DNA of 64,000 nt from an uncultured Methanosarcinales archaeon (GTDB lineage Archaea > Nanobdellota > Nanobdellia > Woesearchaeales > UBA11576). A model generated the notes under the pieces. It was not told where the DNA came from. It did not search any database and worked only from the letters and a program-made list of their open reading frames with translations. The position numbers and the translations under genes are program-made. The DNA is taken from positions 203,548-267,547 of the forward strand of contig CAZLYC010000001.1 of assembly GCA_964563755.1 (NCBI GenBank). The letters are read 5' to 3'. Of the stretch, positions 19,329-29,184 are shown in pieces (the stretch's first letter is position 1; the number at the start of each line of letters is the position of its first letter).

Positions 19329-20513
19329 ATGGTGCAAAAAAGAGAGAGACAGCAGACCCTGCCTGCCAATAACCTATTCGCGTTAGTAGCTGTGCTTCTA
19401 ATATTAAGCTCGCTGATTTCCAGCTATGCTACGTATGAACGCAATAGACAGATAACTGAGGAGATAAGCGGCAAGGCCTACACATACGCAGAAGCAAAGC
19501 TCTGCATAAACAAGCAGCCTACAATAAACAACACCTGCAACACATCAGCGACAACAGGCATAGGATATTATTGCGACCTTGAAGCATACGACCCTGACAA
19601 TGACACCATAACATTCTACGACAACACGACACTTTTCAACATAGATCCTAGTACAGGAGAGATAATATTCACGCCTTTACCGGCACATGAGGGCACACAT
19701 GACATACTGATAACCGCTAAGGACAACAAGAACTGCGTAAACTCAAACACAACTTACATCCTTCAGCTCATAATACCCATAACAGTGACTCCTCCAGCAG
19801 GTGGCGGAGGAGGTGGAGGAGGCGGTGGCGGAGGAATAGCACCAGAATGCGAGCCCCAATGGCAATGCACTCCTTGGAGCCTTTGCAAGCCCGACGGGAT
19901 AAGAGACAGGACATGCAAAAGCCTCAACAACTGCCCTGAAAACAAACCTTCAGAGAAAGATGAATGCATATATACATTGCTTCTCCCTCCGAAGATACCA
20001 AAAGCAAAAGAATTCTACCTATGCAACTTCGATGAACAGGACGAGTGCTTCGCAAACATAGGAACCAATGAAAACTGGGTCTACACACACAAGAAAACCG
20101 ACCATATACTCAACATCGCAAACATAGACGAAGAAGGATTCGACGCATCAATCGATAACGAAATATATTTCTCAGTACGCCTCCAAAGGATAAAAGGAAT
20201 TGATACTACAGGAGACGACATAAATGACTTCGAGTACATATTCCATAAGATAACAAACAACAGGGCAGATACGACAGTCAGGCTTGTCAAGCAGGTCGAG
20301 GTAATAATAGAAAGACCAGTATATATCGAAAGATGGCCGTACATACTGACACAGATTGTGATATTCATATACGACAACGCCTGCATGATAATGCTCATAG
20401 TCATGATAATGGCAGCATTACTAATCTACGGCTGGTTAATCGCGTTCATAGACAAGAAAAGAAAGGATAAACAGGAAGAAAAAGAGCGACTAGATAAGCT
20501 TCCTAAGCCTTGA
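19329..20513 (+). CDS. Membrane-anchored extracellular protein with a cadherin-like segment, a poly-Gly linker and a Cys-rich module
   Basis: N-terminal TM, a YDPDNDTITF...IDPSTGEI segment, a G12 run, CEPQWQCTPWSLC...C and a C-terminal TM. Confidence 0.5.
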   Translation: MVQKRERQQTLPANNLFALVAVLLILSSLISSYATYERNRQITEEISGKAYTYAEAKLCINKQPTINNTCNTSATTGIGYYCDLEAYDPDNDTITFYDNTTLFNIDPSTGEIIFTPLPAHEGTHDILITAKDNKNCVNSNTTYILQLIIPITVTPPAGGGGGGGGGGGGIAPECEPQWQCTPWSLCKPDGIRDRTCKSLNNCPENKPSEKDECIYTLLLPPKIPKAKEFYLCNFDEQDECFANIGTNENWVYTHKKTDHILNIANIDEEGFDASIDNEIYFSVRLQRIKGIDTTGDDINDFEYIFHKITNNRADTTVRLVKQVEVIIERPVYIERWPYILTQIVIFIYDNACMIMLIVMIMAALLIYGWLIAFIDKKRKDKQEEKERLDKLPKP

Positions 20514-21209
20514 TACATCTTCAATCTGCTCTTTAATTCCGTGAGGCGTCTCAAGCAACAGCATAGCATCATCAGGCAGAATGCCAACAATCTTCTCAAT
20601 GTCAAGATAACCATCTTTAAGATGACTGTGCTGGTCTTTGATACCTTCCTTGGTGTTATAGATATGAAAATACTTCGGCTTAAGCTTCAGAAGCTGCTTT
20701 AAAAAATCAAGATAGTCCATCTTCTCCTTATATGCGAAGCAGGCGGCATGTACAACATCAAGGCATAGTCCTTTATTTGAAGCAGACATTATCCTTGACA
20801 GCTCTTCAACAGTGCTTCCTATATGCTGACAGTCATGCATGCTGAAGGGTGGCATGTTCTCGACGATAAACCTAGAATCGAGCTTTGCGAGACTCTCAAT
20901 CACTTCATCTGCTGTGCAGGACTTAGACTCTATAAAACCCGGATGGATGACGATGTTATCTGCATCGAGTATGTCCGCAGCATCACTTGCAGCTTTAGAA
21001 CAAATATCATTAGTCTTTTTCTTGACTGGATTTGCAAGGTTAGAACCCCATCTTTCATGCGCGACATGAATAGAGAAATTTTCATGAAATTTCTTTAGTA
21101 TCTTAAAATCAGAACCAGGAATAGCCATGACCTCAAGAAAATCACAATGCTTTGCAATATCAGGTATATAATCCAGATCCTGCGGGAATATCTTGACACC
21201 TATTTTCAT
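20490..21209 (-). CDS. Sugar-phosphate isomerase/epimerase-like (xylose-isomerase TIM barrel) protein
   Basis: IHVAH, VIHPG, IVENMP and CLDVVHA-type motifs. Confidence 0.5.
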   Translation of the reverse strand: MKIGVKIFPQDLDYIPDIAKHCDFLEVMAIPGSDFKILKKFHENFSIHVAHERWGSNLANPVKKKTNDICSKAASDAADILDADNIVIHPGFIESKSCTADEVIESLAKLDSRFIVENMPPFSMHDCQHIGSTVEELSRIMSASNKGLCLDVVHAACFAYKEKMDYLDFLKQLLKLKPKYFHIYNTKEGIKDQHSHLKDGYLDIEKIVGILPDDAMLLLETPHGIKEQIEDVSRLRKLI

Positions 21210-21262
21210 GATTCAACACCGGAGAATGGAACTATCTCCACTTGTTTTTAATATTTTCCTAT

Positions 21263-22459
21263 TTATTCGTATCTAAGCGAGTCTACTGGCTTGAGCTTTG
21301 AAGCCTGTATCGCAGGAAGAGTTCCTGCAAGCCCACCGACGAAAAAAGAGAATGCAAGAGCACCAAATGTAAGATACCAAGGAAAAACAGCAGTTATTAT
21401 GCTATAACCTCCTGCTGCTGCGCCGAAAGCAACAAGCTTACTCAGCGAAACACCTAATGCTATGCCCATCACTCCACCGACAAGACCTAAAATGCCAGAC
21501 TCGATGAGGAAAATGAGAAACACATCACTGTTTCTAGCGCCTATAGCCTTCATAACGCCGATCTCCCTCGTGCGCTCAAGCACAGAAGTATACATGGTAT
21601 TAGTTATGTTGACACCGCCAACAAGAAGAGAGATTCCTGCAATACTTATCAATACAATCTGCACAATCGTAAGTACTGTCCCGAATGCTTCTACAAGCTG
21701 TTCAGAAGTCTGGACAATGAAATCTTCATCTCCTTCATCAACTCCTCTTGTCTTACGCAATGCTTTCTTAATCCTTTCAGCAACGTCTGAAGGTTTCGCA
21801 CCATCTTTAGTACTTACGAAAATATAATCAAGCTTATCCTTACTAAGCCCGAAGGTATCTATTGCAGCATCAAGCGTAATCTCAATCTGCCTATCATCCT
21901 GAGGATTGCCACGTCTCTCAACATTTCCAACAATGTTGAATTTCTTCCCTTCTATCTCTATCTTATCTCCAATGTCAGATGCCTTCTTGAACATGTTCGC
22001 ATTCCAGATATCATAGCCAACCATGGCGTCACTATCTCCATCTATTTCACGGCCAGCGACGGTCTTAAAACCAAAATCCTCCCCAAGACTCTTATCGGAC
22101 GCATGAACATCAAGACCTATGACCCAACTGTATTTCGTCTCTTTGCCGAAATGGATCTTTGCCATCTTAAACGCTGAACCACCGGCACTATCAACACCGG
22201 ACACTGACCGTATGGCTTGCAGGTCCTTGTCTGTGAGCTTATTTGTCTCAACAAGTCCACCTCTTCCTGGCTGGACAAAGACTTTATTTGTTCCGAGGGA
22301 AGCAAACTGCTTATTTATCTCATACTGCATACCTTGCCCAAGAGAGATAAGAGATACGACTGCAGCGATACCTATGAATATGCCTATCAAAGTAAGAAAA
22401 GTACGCTTCTTCTGATTCATGAACGTACTGAATGCAATCCTGAAATAGTCAGCCCACAT
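21263..22459 (-). CDS. ABC transporter permease, MacB/FtsX family
   Basis: N-terminal TM, a large extracytoplasmic domain and a C-terminal FtsX-like bundle of 3 TM. Confidence 0.8.
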   Translation of the reverse strand: MWADYFRIAFSTFMNQKKRTFLTLIGIFIGIAAVVSLISLGQGMQYEINKQFASLGTNKVFVQPGRGGLVETNKLTDKDLQAIRSVSGVDSAGGSAFKMAKIHFGKETKYSWVIGLDVHASDKSLGEDFGFKTVAGREIDGDSDAMVGYDIWNANMFKKASDIGDKIEIEGKKFNIVGNVERRGNPQDDRQIEITLDAAIDTFGLSKDKLDYIFVSTKDGAKPSDVAERIKKALRKTRGVDEGDEDFIVQTSEQLVEAFGTVLTIVQIVLISIAGISLLVGGVNITNTMYTSVLERTREIGVMKAIGARNSDVFLIFLIESGILGLVGGVMGIALGVSLSKLVAFGAAAGGYSIITAVFPWYLTFGALAFSFFVGGLAGTLPAIQASKLKPVDSLRYE

Positions 22460-22460
22460 C

Positions 22461-23675
22461 TTATTTCCTCAACGCATCGACAGGATTAAGCTTCGAAGCC
22501 TGCCTCGCAGGCAATGAGCCCGAAAGGGAACCTATCAAAAATGCGAACATCAATGCACTTATAATCAACGGAAGACCAAGATACGCCTTCAAAGAATCTA
22601 TACCATACTGCATCGCGACAATCTCCGCAGTCTTACTAAGACCAAGACCAAGAAGCACACCGATTATCCCGCCAATCATGCCAAGAAGACCTGACTCTAT
22701 CAAGAAAATCAAGAGTATGCTCGAATTCCTGGCACCGACAGACTTCATTATACCTATCTCCTTAGTGCGTTCAACAACAGACGTGTACATGGTATTCATT
22801 ATGCCGATTCCGCCGACGAGAAGAGATATGGCAGCTATGCCTACAAGAACTGCCTGCACTATGCCCAAAATCGCTTCAAATGCCTGTATCGCCTGAGCAG
22901 AAGTCTGGATTGTAAAATCCTCTTCTCCTTCTTTTACCCCCCTGAACTTCCTAAGCTTCCTCTTGGCGTTATCCGCGACAGAATCAACTTCGTAGCCTTC
23001 GCTAACCTTAATCATTATTGTAGTTATCTTTTCTGGCTGGTTGAATATCTCCCTTGCAGTCTCCTTAGGGATCCTTATAACATCATCACCAAAAATGCCG
23101 CCTGTCTTCTTGTGTATTCCCACAACTTCAAACTCCTGCATATTTATGAATATTATATCTCCTACGTGTATATCCTTATCGAAAGTATCATTTGCGATAT
23201 CTGAACCTATCGCGACTTTGTACTTGTCCCCTGCCCTAAGAAACCTGCCTTCAGAGATGTCGAACATAGACTGTGTCCTATAGAACTCAAGGTTCTTGCT
23301 GTCTACAGGAAAACCCCATACCAAATCCTGCTTGGTCTCACGGTTGAATGTCAAGTAAGCAGACTCACTGTATGGTGCAATGGCAATCTCGATGCCACGG
23401 ACCTTCTCAACAATATCAAAATCTCTTTCTGTAAACTCTGCAGCAGAGAGAAAACCGCCGACAGGCCCCATCGCTGCACCACCAGGACTTATTATTATCC
23501 TATCAGTACCCATCTTCTTGAACTCAGAAAGGATAGCATCCTGCATGCCCTGCGACAATGATACAAGAGCAACGACTGCCATTATACCTATGAATATGCC
23601 TAAGACAGTCAACCAGGACCTCAGCTTCCTCTTGAAAAGATTGCTTATTGCAATCTTGAAATAGTCAAGTATCAT
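22461..23675 (-). CDS. ABC transporter permease, MacB/FtsX family (paralogue)
   Basis: Same architecture as the neighbouring permease. Only 1 nt separates the two genes. Confidence 0.8.
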   Translation of the reverse strand: MILDYFKIAISNLFKRKLRSWLTVLGIFIGIMAVVALVSLSQGMQDAILSEFKKMGTDRIIISPGGAAMGPVGGFLSAAEFTERDFDIVEKVRGIEIAIAPYSESAYLTFNRETKQDLVWGFPVDSKNLEFYRTQSMFDISEGRFLRAGDKYKVAIGSDIANDTFDKDIHVGDIIFINMQEFEVVGIHKKTGGIFGDDVIRIPKETAREIFNQPEKITTIMIKVSEGYEVDSVADNAKRKLRKFRGVKEGEEDFTIQTSAQAIQAFEAILGIVQAVLVGIAAISLLVGGIGIMNTMYTSVVERTKEIGIMKSVGARNSSILLIFLIESGLLGMIGGIIGVLLGLGLSKTAEIVAMQYGIDSLKAYLGLPLIISALMFAFLIGSLSGSLPARQASKLNPVDALRK

Positions 23676-23700
23676 CGTAAAAAAATATTCAAAAAGATTA

Positions 23701-25074
23701 TTACTGCTTCTTGCGACGCTTCTCCCACCTGCGATAGCCGAACCAGACAGCGAGCATCACAATCACGACGATGATTATTATCATCACGCTGTTGCTCTTA
23801 GCAGTCCCTTTCTCCTCAGCAGTATATATCTTGTACTTCAGAGTAATATCCTTGCTATAATCTATGTTATTCGCGTCCTTAAATGTCACCTGCAAGGGGA
23901 AGGTTATTTCGCTCGTCTTTTTGCTGTTAATATTATTCTTCAGGTAGAGAGAGAAATCAACGCTCTCATAGTCGTCAGAATTCACATTGCCGACATACTC
24001 TTCTTTTGACGAGACAACGTCAAACTCCTCTGTGTCCTTGAGTATCACATCAAGGAACTTGACATCTGTAACTCCCCTGTTGACGAACTTAAAAGATATT
24101 GTGCCAGATTTCTTGCCTGCGACAAGGTCTGACTTGTCTATCACGACATACACATCAGGCGGAGCACCGACAACCATGCCGACTATATCATTCCTCGTGT
24201 ACTCATCACCCTGGTCGTTCTTGTAAGTCAAGATAAGCGGCATCTTGTATACTTTTGATGCTGCACCTGGATAGACCATCAGGTCAAAAGAGACGACAGA
24301 ACTCTTTCCTGGCTTTAGCTGCGAGAGCCTTTTCACACCAGACGAGGATATGGGTGTAAATGGCAAAGCGTCATAGAGCAAAGAAGACTCTGCGCCAGTC
24401 GCTGAACGCGGTATTGTTGAAAGAGTCAGATCCAGCTTCACTTCTATATCCTTCATCACAGATTCTGCAAGATTCGTGAGCTTCACGCTCAGTTTCCCAG
24501 TACTCCCCGGAGCTATTGTCGTCGGAGAGACTTCAAAACCGTCGATGACAACTGCCGTGTACGTGTTCCTGACCCTAACTTCAAAATCATCGAGCTTTCC
24601 CCAGCCAGGCAATCCTTTGTATCTGTAAAGAAGAGTCAGCTTGTTGACACCTTCTGACGCATCTTCAGCAATCCTGACCTTATAGTAAAGCACAACACCT
24701 TCCTCTCCTTTTTGGTGCCCTTGAATTGTCCCTAGGTCTTGCGTATCAGTATCAACACCAAGGAGCTCGAAAGGATAGTCTGGCACAAGCCTGAACTCGA
24801 CATCCTCTAGAGGTTTTGAACCTTTGTTAATTACCATCCATCTCAATTCAACATAATCACCAGGAGCCACAGGATCCGGCGTCTGGCTAATCATCGACAC
24901 ACGTATGCTTCCACCTGGAAGTATCGTATCCGTGTCTGCATAGACAAGAGTGCAAAGCAACATAAATACTGCAATAAAACTGACAACAAAAACTTTTTTA
25001 CTGTTCATTATTTTTTTCATACATAACACCTTCCTATTTTTTTCTTTTTTTAACATAATTTTTTTGATTATCAT
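23701..25074 (-). CDS. COG1361/CARDB-like cell-surface protein with a C-terminal TM anchor, partner of the ABC exporter
   Basis: Signal peptide, beta-sandwich-like repeats, and a C-terminal TM followed by RRWEKRRKK. The true start is probably the internal MKKIMNSKK. Confidence 0.45.
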   Translation of the reverse strand: MIIKKIMLKKEKNRKVLCMKKIMNSKKVFVVSFIAVFMLLCTLVYADTDTILPGGSIRVSMISQTPDPVAPGDYVELRWMVINKGSKPLEDVEFRLVPDYPFELLGVDTDTQDLGTIQGHQKGEEGVVLYYKVRIAEDASEGVNKLTLLYRYKGLPGWGKLDDFEVRVRNTYTAVVIDGFEVSPTTIAPGSTGKLSVKLTNLAESVMKDIEVKLDLTLSTIPRSATGAESSLLYDALPFTPISSSGVKRLSQLKPGKSSVVSFDLMVYPGAASKVYKMPLILTYKNDQGDEYTRNDIVGMVVGAPPDVYVVIDKSDLVAGKKSGTISFKFVNRGVTDVKFLDVILKDTEEFDVVSSKEEYVGNVNSDDYESVDFSLYLKNNINSKKTSEITFPLQVTFKDANNIDYSKDITLKYKIYTAEEKGTAKSNSVMIIIIVVIVMLAVWFGYRRWEKRRKKQ

Positions 25075-25845
25075 TCATTTATCGTTCTTATTTCCTGATT
25101 CTTTCTTCAATTTGATTCTGCACATAGATTTCACGTCGTGTTCATGTTTCTTGCCCTTCATTGTCTTGACTATCGATCCGTCCTTGAGGAACTCAATCCT
25201 CTCAGCGTGTTCAGCGACATTTGAGTCGTGAGTGACAAGCACTATTGTCTTGCACTGCTCTTTATGCATCTTCTTTAGGAAATCCATTACGAGCATGCCT
25301 GTCTTTGAGTCTAGATTGCCTGTAGGCTCATCTGCAAGCAGCACTTCAGGGTCGTTCGCAAGAGACCTTGCTATAGCAACCCTCTGCTGCTGGCCTCCTG
25401 AAAGCTCATTCGGCTTGTGGTTCATCCTCTCGCCAAGTTCGACGAGCTTCAACAGATCTATTGCCTTCTTTTTTCTCTCTTGGGAAGAAATTCCCTGGAA
25501 AGTCATCGGCAGCATGACGTTCTCAAGCGCAGTCATGTTCGGAATAAGATTGAACTGCTGGAATATGAAACCTATCTTCTTCCCACGTATCTGGGCAAGG
25601 TCAGACTCTGAAAGCTTGGATATGTCTTTTCCGTCGAGGAAAATGCGTCCTTTTGTCGGAATGTCAAGGCAGCCTATCATGTTCATGGCTGTACTTTTTC
25701 CTGATCCTGATGGCCCCATCACTGCCACGAACTCACCTTTATTTATCTCAAGATTCAGGCCTCTTAATGCAGGTACTTCTACATCGCCCATCTTGTAAAT
25801 CTTCCAGACATCCTCTATTTTAATCACAGTTCCTGTCTTTGCCAT
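25075..25845 (-). CDS. ABC transporter ATP-binding protein (MacB/LolD-like)
   Basis: Walker [10 protein letters not shown], signature [15 protein letters not shown], Walker [12 protein letters not shown]. Confidence 0.9.
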   Translation of the reverse strand: MAKTGTVIKIEDVWKIYKMGDVEVPALRGLNLEINKGEFVAVMGPSGSGKSTAMNMIGCLDIPTKGRIFLDGKDISKLSESDLAQIRGKKIGFIFQQFNLIPNMTALENVMLPMTFQGISSQERKKKAIDLLKLVELGERMNHKPNELSGGQQQRVAIARSLANDPEVLLADEPTGNLDSKTGMLVMDFLKKMHKEQCKTIVLVTHDSNVAEHAERIEFLKDGSIVKTMKGKKHEHDVKSMCRIKLKKESGNKNDK

Positions 25846-25846
25846 A

Positions 25847-26218
25847 TCATCTCACTCTTGTTTTCTTCTCCTTGCATAATTGGTTCAGCATCTCGATGCA
25901 TTCTGATTCAGAATTGCCTGTCATTGTGCAGAACACATCAATAGATGACTTTATGTTGCCAAGCAGCAAATTTTTCTGCTTCATGAAATCATCAACAGAC
26001 CTTTTACCCTGCTCTGTTATTGAGTATTTCTTTGCCCTTCCTTCCTCTTTAACAGAAATCTGGGACTTGTTCTTCAGTTCCTCAAGAAGAGGGTACATCG
26101 AGCCAGGGCTCGGCTTGCTGCCTGTCTTCTCTTTTATGGACTTCATTAGCTCGTAGCCTGACATCTCTTTAGAGTTCACAAGCTTCAGAACGAGCAGCTT
26201 AAGGTTCCCTGTAAACAT
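25847..26218 (-). CDS. PadR-family transcriptional regulator
   Basis: Winged HTH (LKLLVLKLV...MSGYELMK...GSMYPLLEELK). Confidence 0.8.
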   Translation of the reverse strand: MFTGNLKLLVLKLVNSKEMSGYELMKSIKEKTGSKPSPGSMYPLLEELKNKSQISVKEEGRAKKYSITEQGKRSVDDFMKQKNLLLGNIKSSIDVFCTMTGNSESECIEMLNQLCKEKKTRVR

Positions 26219-26321
26219 CAGACGCCTCCACCAGCACCACTATATCTATTCCGATATATCGGTTACGATACTGATATTTAAAGGTTATGTTTGGCAATGA
26301 AATTCAAACTAAACTTAATTT

Positions 26322-26416
26322 GTGATGCCGCGCTCGCACAGACCAATTCATGGTCTATTTTTGCCCAACTGCATCATTATAAGAAATAGTATTGGATGCT
26401 CGCTAGGCGGCATCAC
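26322..26416. repeat. Copy 2 of the ~95-bp element, with perfect 10-bp terminal inverted repeats GTGATGCCGC...GCGGCATCAC
   Basis: Conserved boxes align with 19175..19272. Lies in the divergent promoter region between PadR and a membrane-protein gene. Confidence 0.55.
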
Positions 26417-26468
26417 TGTGCTTATTGTGTTTATTTATGCTTATATTCAATATTCACAAATAATATAA

Positions 26469-27125
26469 ATGAAGCCTTTTCTCGACTATAGTATGTCAAG
26501 GATAAAACACCACAGGATAAGCGCTCAGATAAGGGATAAAGCGCCTGAAAAGAAAGGGATATCCAAGCAGGCGATATGGACAATCATACTGGGTTCTACA
26601 ATGGTATTCAGCATATTCGGCATAATGTTCAGCGGATATGACTCAGGAAGACAGCAGATCAAATATAATGATTACGAATTCCAGCAGACCACAACAGGAT
26701 GGAGTACAGAGATAGACGACAAGATGATTGAGTTCAACTACCTACCGCAGGAATTAGAAAGCATCCAGATAAGCTCTGAACCTGCCAATATACTCAAGGA
26801 ATCTAAGGTACTATACATCACATTCAACCCTAACAACAAGAGCGTACAGCAGTTTGAGCTCGCAAGACTACAGCTGGGACTGACGCTTTCAGAAAGCTTC
26901 CAGATATACACAATGCCTGGCATAACTGAACCAAGCGAATTGTACCAGCAACCGATAGTTGACTGCAACAACGCAACACAATCGTTGCCAATACTGAAGT
27001 TTGTAGAATCCAACGAGACAAAAGCATATCTAGAGGATAGTTGCATAATTATAGAAGCAGACAAGACCACTGCACTCGCGGTGAAAGACAAGATACTCTA
27101 CCAGATGCTCGGCATACTGGACTAA
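26469..27125 (+). CDS. Membrane-anchored hypothetical protein (paralogue A)
   Basis: N-terminal TM. The C-terminus ESNETKAYLEDSC...GILD is shared with the next gene. Confidence 0.5.
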   Translation: MKPFLDYSMSRIKHHRISAQIRDKAPEKKGISKQAIWTIILGSTMVFSIFGIMFSGYDSGRQQIKYNDYEFQQTTTGWSTEIDDKMIEFNYLPQELESIQISSEPANILKESKVLYITFNPNNKSVQQFELARLQLGLTLSESFQIYTMPGITEPSELYQQPIVDCNNATQSLPILKFVESNETKAYLEDSCIIIEADKTTALAVKDKILYQMLGILD

Positions 27126-27136
27126 AAGGTAATTCT

Positions 27137-27922
27137 ATGCCAAAACTACAAGAGGCACAGCTCCAGAAGATGAAGGCAGCGCAGGACTTTGACGACGATG
27201 ACATGGAACTGGATATAACCAAAAGAAAAAGGCTGCATCAAAAACGCGAAGACAAGAGTACTGATGAAGAGCCTGAAAAAGACAGTTCCAAGGACACAAG
27301 AAACCTCCTTATATTGATTGGATCCATAGCGCTGATATTCCTCATATTCGTAGGTCTGAGATTTATATTCACTCCAGAAAAGCATGAACTTACAATAGAA
27401 GACCTCCACAAGGCAAACCTAGAAGGCAAGCTCCTGCCTGAACAGGGATACATGTACCATGGGTACTCATTCGTCAACTATGCAGGGATATGGCACTCAC
27501 AGGTGCAGAAAGGCAATACTATGTATGACATAACATTCAACTACGACCCTAAATCCGTCGAGAACATAACAGTCGAAGGCAAACTGCAACGATTCTCTCA
27601 GACACAAGTTTACATAACGTTTGACACAAACGCAACAGCACCAAAATACATAACAGTCGCAAATGCAGGACTTTCAATGAGCCTCGCAAAAGGCTTCCAG
27701 TACAACCTCACAGCAACATGCACGAACAACGAGAGCAGTGTATGCCAGAATAACGGAGTAGTGACTTGTGACGATAAGGATAAGCCAGTGATATACTTCA
27801 AGGAATCGAACGAGACCAAGATAGTTCTAGAGGACAACTGCGTCACTATACAAGGATATGGTCCAGACCTTGTCAGGGCGAAGGACAGGCTGCTTCTTAG
27901 ATGGTATGGGATACTTGATTGA
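27137..27922 (+). CDS. Membrane-anchored hypothetical protein (paralogue B)
   Basis: Start refined to the internal ATG (MPKLQEAQ) after the stop of the upstream gene. Contains a TM. The C-terminus ESNETKIVLEDNC...GILD is shared with 26469..27125. Confidence 0.5.
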   Translation: MPKLQEAQLQKMKAAQDFDDDDMELDITKRKRLHQKREDKSTDEEPEKDSSKDTRNLLILIGSIALIFLIFVGLRFIFTPEKHELTIEDLHKANLEGKLLPEQGYMYHGYSFVNYAGIWHSQVQKGNTMYDITFNYDPKSVENITVEGKLQRFSQTQVYITFDTNATAPKYITVANAGLSMSLAKGFQYNLTATCTNNESSVCQNNGVVTCDDKDKPVIYFKESNETKIVLEDNCVTIQGYGPDLVRAKDRLLLRWYGILD

Positions 27923-27981
27923 TTTTCTGTTTTTTATAAAATAGCTATATAATAAAATAAAAAGAAATATCTAAAAAAATT

Positions 27982-28671
27982 TTAGTAGTTCTGCGCTGCA
28001 GTAAACGTTACGTATGCCGAGCAGTTTCCTGTAGGACCTTTCGGAACGTCCAATATGATTGTGACGTTGAAGTCGTCCTTTGAGTCTACATCTGAAAGGT
28101 TCTCGCAGATAAGCTCAGGAGTCGAGATGAATTGAAGACCAGTGCCAACAGTTGACAAATCTTTATGTTTAAGGTCGTCTGCTTCGTTATTGCATCCATT
28201 TGACCCTATGACTTTTCCGCCCCAGAAGTAATATAATCCATCTTGAGAGCCTGTCACAACAGTTGAACCGTTGCAGCTACCAAAGAAATTAGTGACGTTC
28301 CTGGACGAATTAATTGTCACGTTCACCTGGATGTTTCCATCATTCTCTACCTGAAAATCATATGGGTTGTATACGCTGTGCGCCAGCCAGCAATCTGGCT
28401 TTGGGAATGATGAGTTAAGCCTGCACTCAACGTTATCAGCGATTGTCGCATTCCTTGTGCCTGAACCGAAATCAACAATACCATAATTCAGCTTTATTGA
28501 CAATGTTGTGTTGATGTAGACCTGCGCCTGACCACTAGGAGCAGTTGCATGCCCTGTGATGCTGTTAGATATAACATCAGTGCCTCTTAGCGCAAAGAAT
28601 GTGCCTGCCAAAGAGACGACTATTGCAACAACGAGAAGTGTCGCGAGAGTCTTATTTGAAACTGTGTCCAT
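27982..28671 (-). CDS. Secreted sequon-rich protein (paralogue of 30395..31096)
   Basis: Conserved N-terminus (MDxxSNKTLATLLVVAIVxSLAGTFFA) and C-terminus (TGNCS..VTFTAAQNY) shared with its paralogue. Many NxS/T sequons. Confidence 0.55.
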   Translation of the reverse strand: MDTVSNKTLATLLVVAIVVSLAGTFFALRGTDVISNSITGHATAPSGQAQVYINTTLSIKLNYGIVDFGSGTRNATIADNVECRLNSSFPKPDCWLAHSVYNPYDFQVENDGNIQVNVTINSSRNVTNFFGSCNGSTVVTGSQDGLYYFWGGKVIGSNGCNNEADDLKHKDLSTVGTGLQFISTPELICENLSDVDSKDDFNVTIILDVPKGPTGNCSAYVTFTAAQNY

Positions 28672-28709
28672 TTTTTATTACCTCCTTTGGAACCAAAGAT
28701 GATTATTAA

Positions 28710-29159
28710 TTATTGCCTTAATAACACCACTTTAGCCTCTCCAGTTATGTTTCTTACATGACCATACCCACCAGGTATTGTCGCATAAGCGTTAACAACC
28801 CTTAGTTCATTTGGTCCAATCACGAAATTATTGTCGCTGAATGTTACATATCCTCTTGCTTCACCGCTTAGGGTTATCTTAACCATGACAGGATAATCCT
28901 TGCTATTGTTCAAGATTATATTCTTTTCAGCCATACCTCCTGAACTTGGAATCTTCCCAAAGTGAAGATTTGGGTCGGCGTTAAAACCAACAGTTTTTCC
29001 AGCGACAGACTTAATCAGGATATCATATGTCTTCATGTAAGACACTTTGTAGAACGAATAATACAGAGTGACTGCACCAACACCTAAAAGGAAGACTATG
29101 AATATCAGTGCGATAACTGTCTTCATGCCGAATGTTTCATGTTTCTTCTTCATTTTCAT
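28710..29159 (-). CDS. Small membrane-anchored hypothetical protein
   Basis: N-terminal TM followed by a beta-rich domain. Confidence 0.4.
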   Translation of the reverse strand: MKMKKKHETFGMKTVIALIFIVFLLGVGAVTLYYSFYKVSYMKTYDILIKSVAGKTVGFNADPNLHFGKIPSSGGMAEKNIILNNSKDYPVMVKITLSGEARGYVTFSDNNFVIGPNELRVVNAYATIPGGYGHVRNITGEAKVVLLRQ

Positions 29160-29184
29160 GACACCTGCTTACATACTATAAAAA

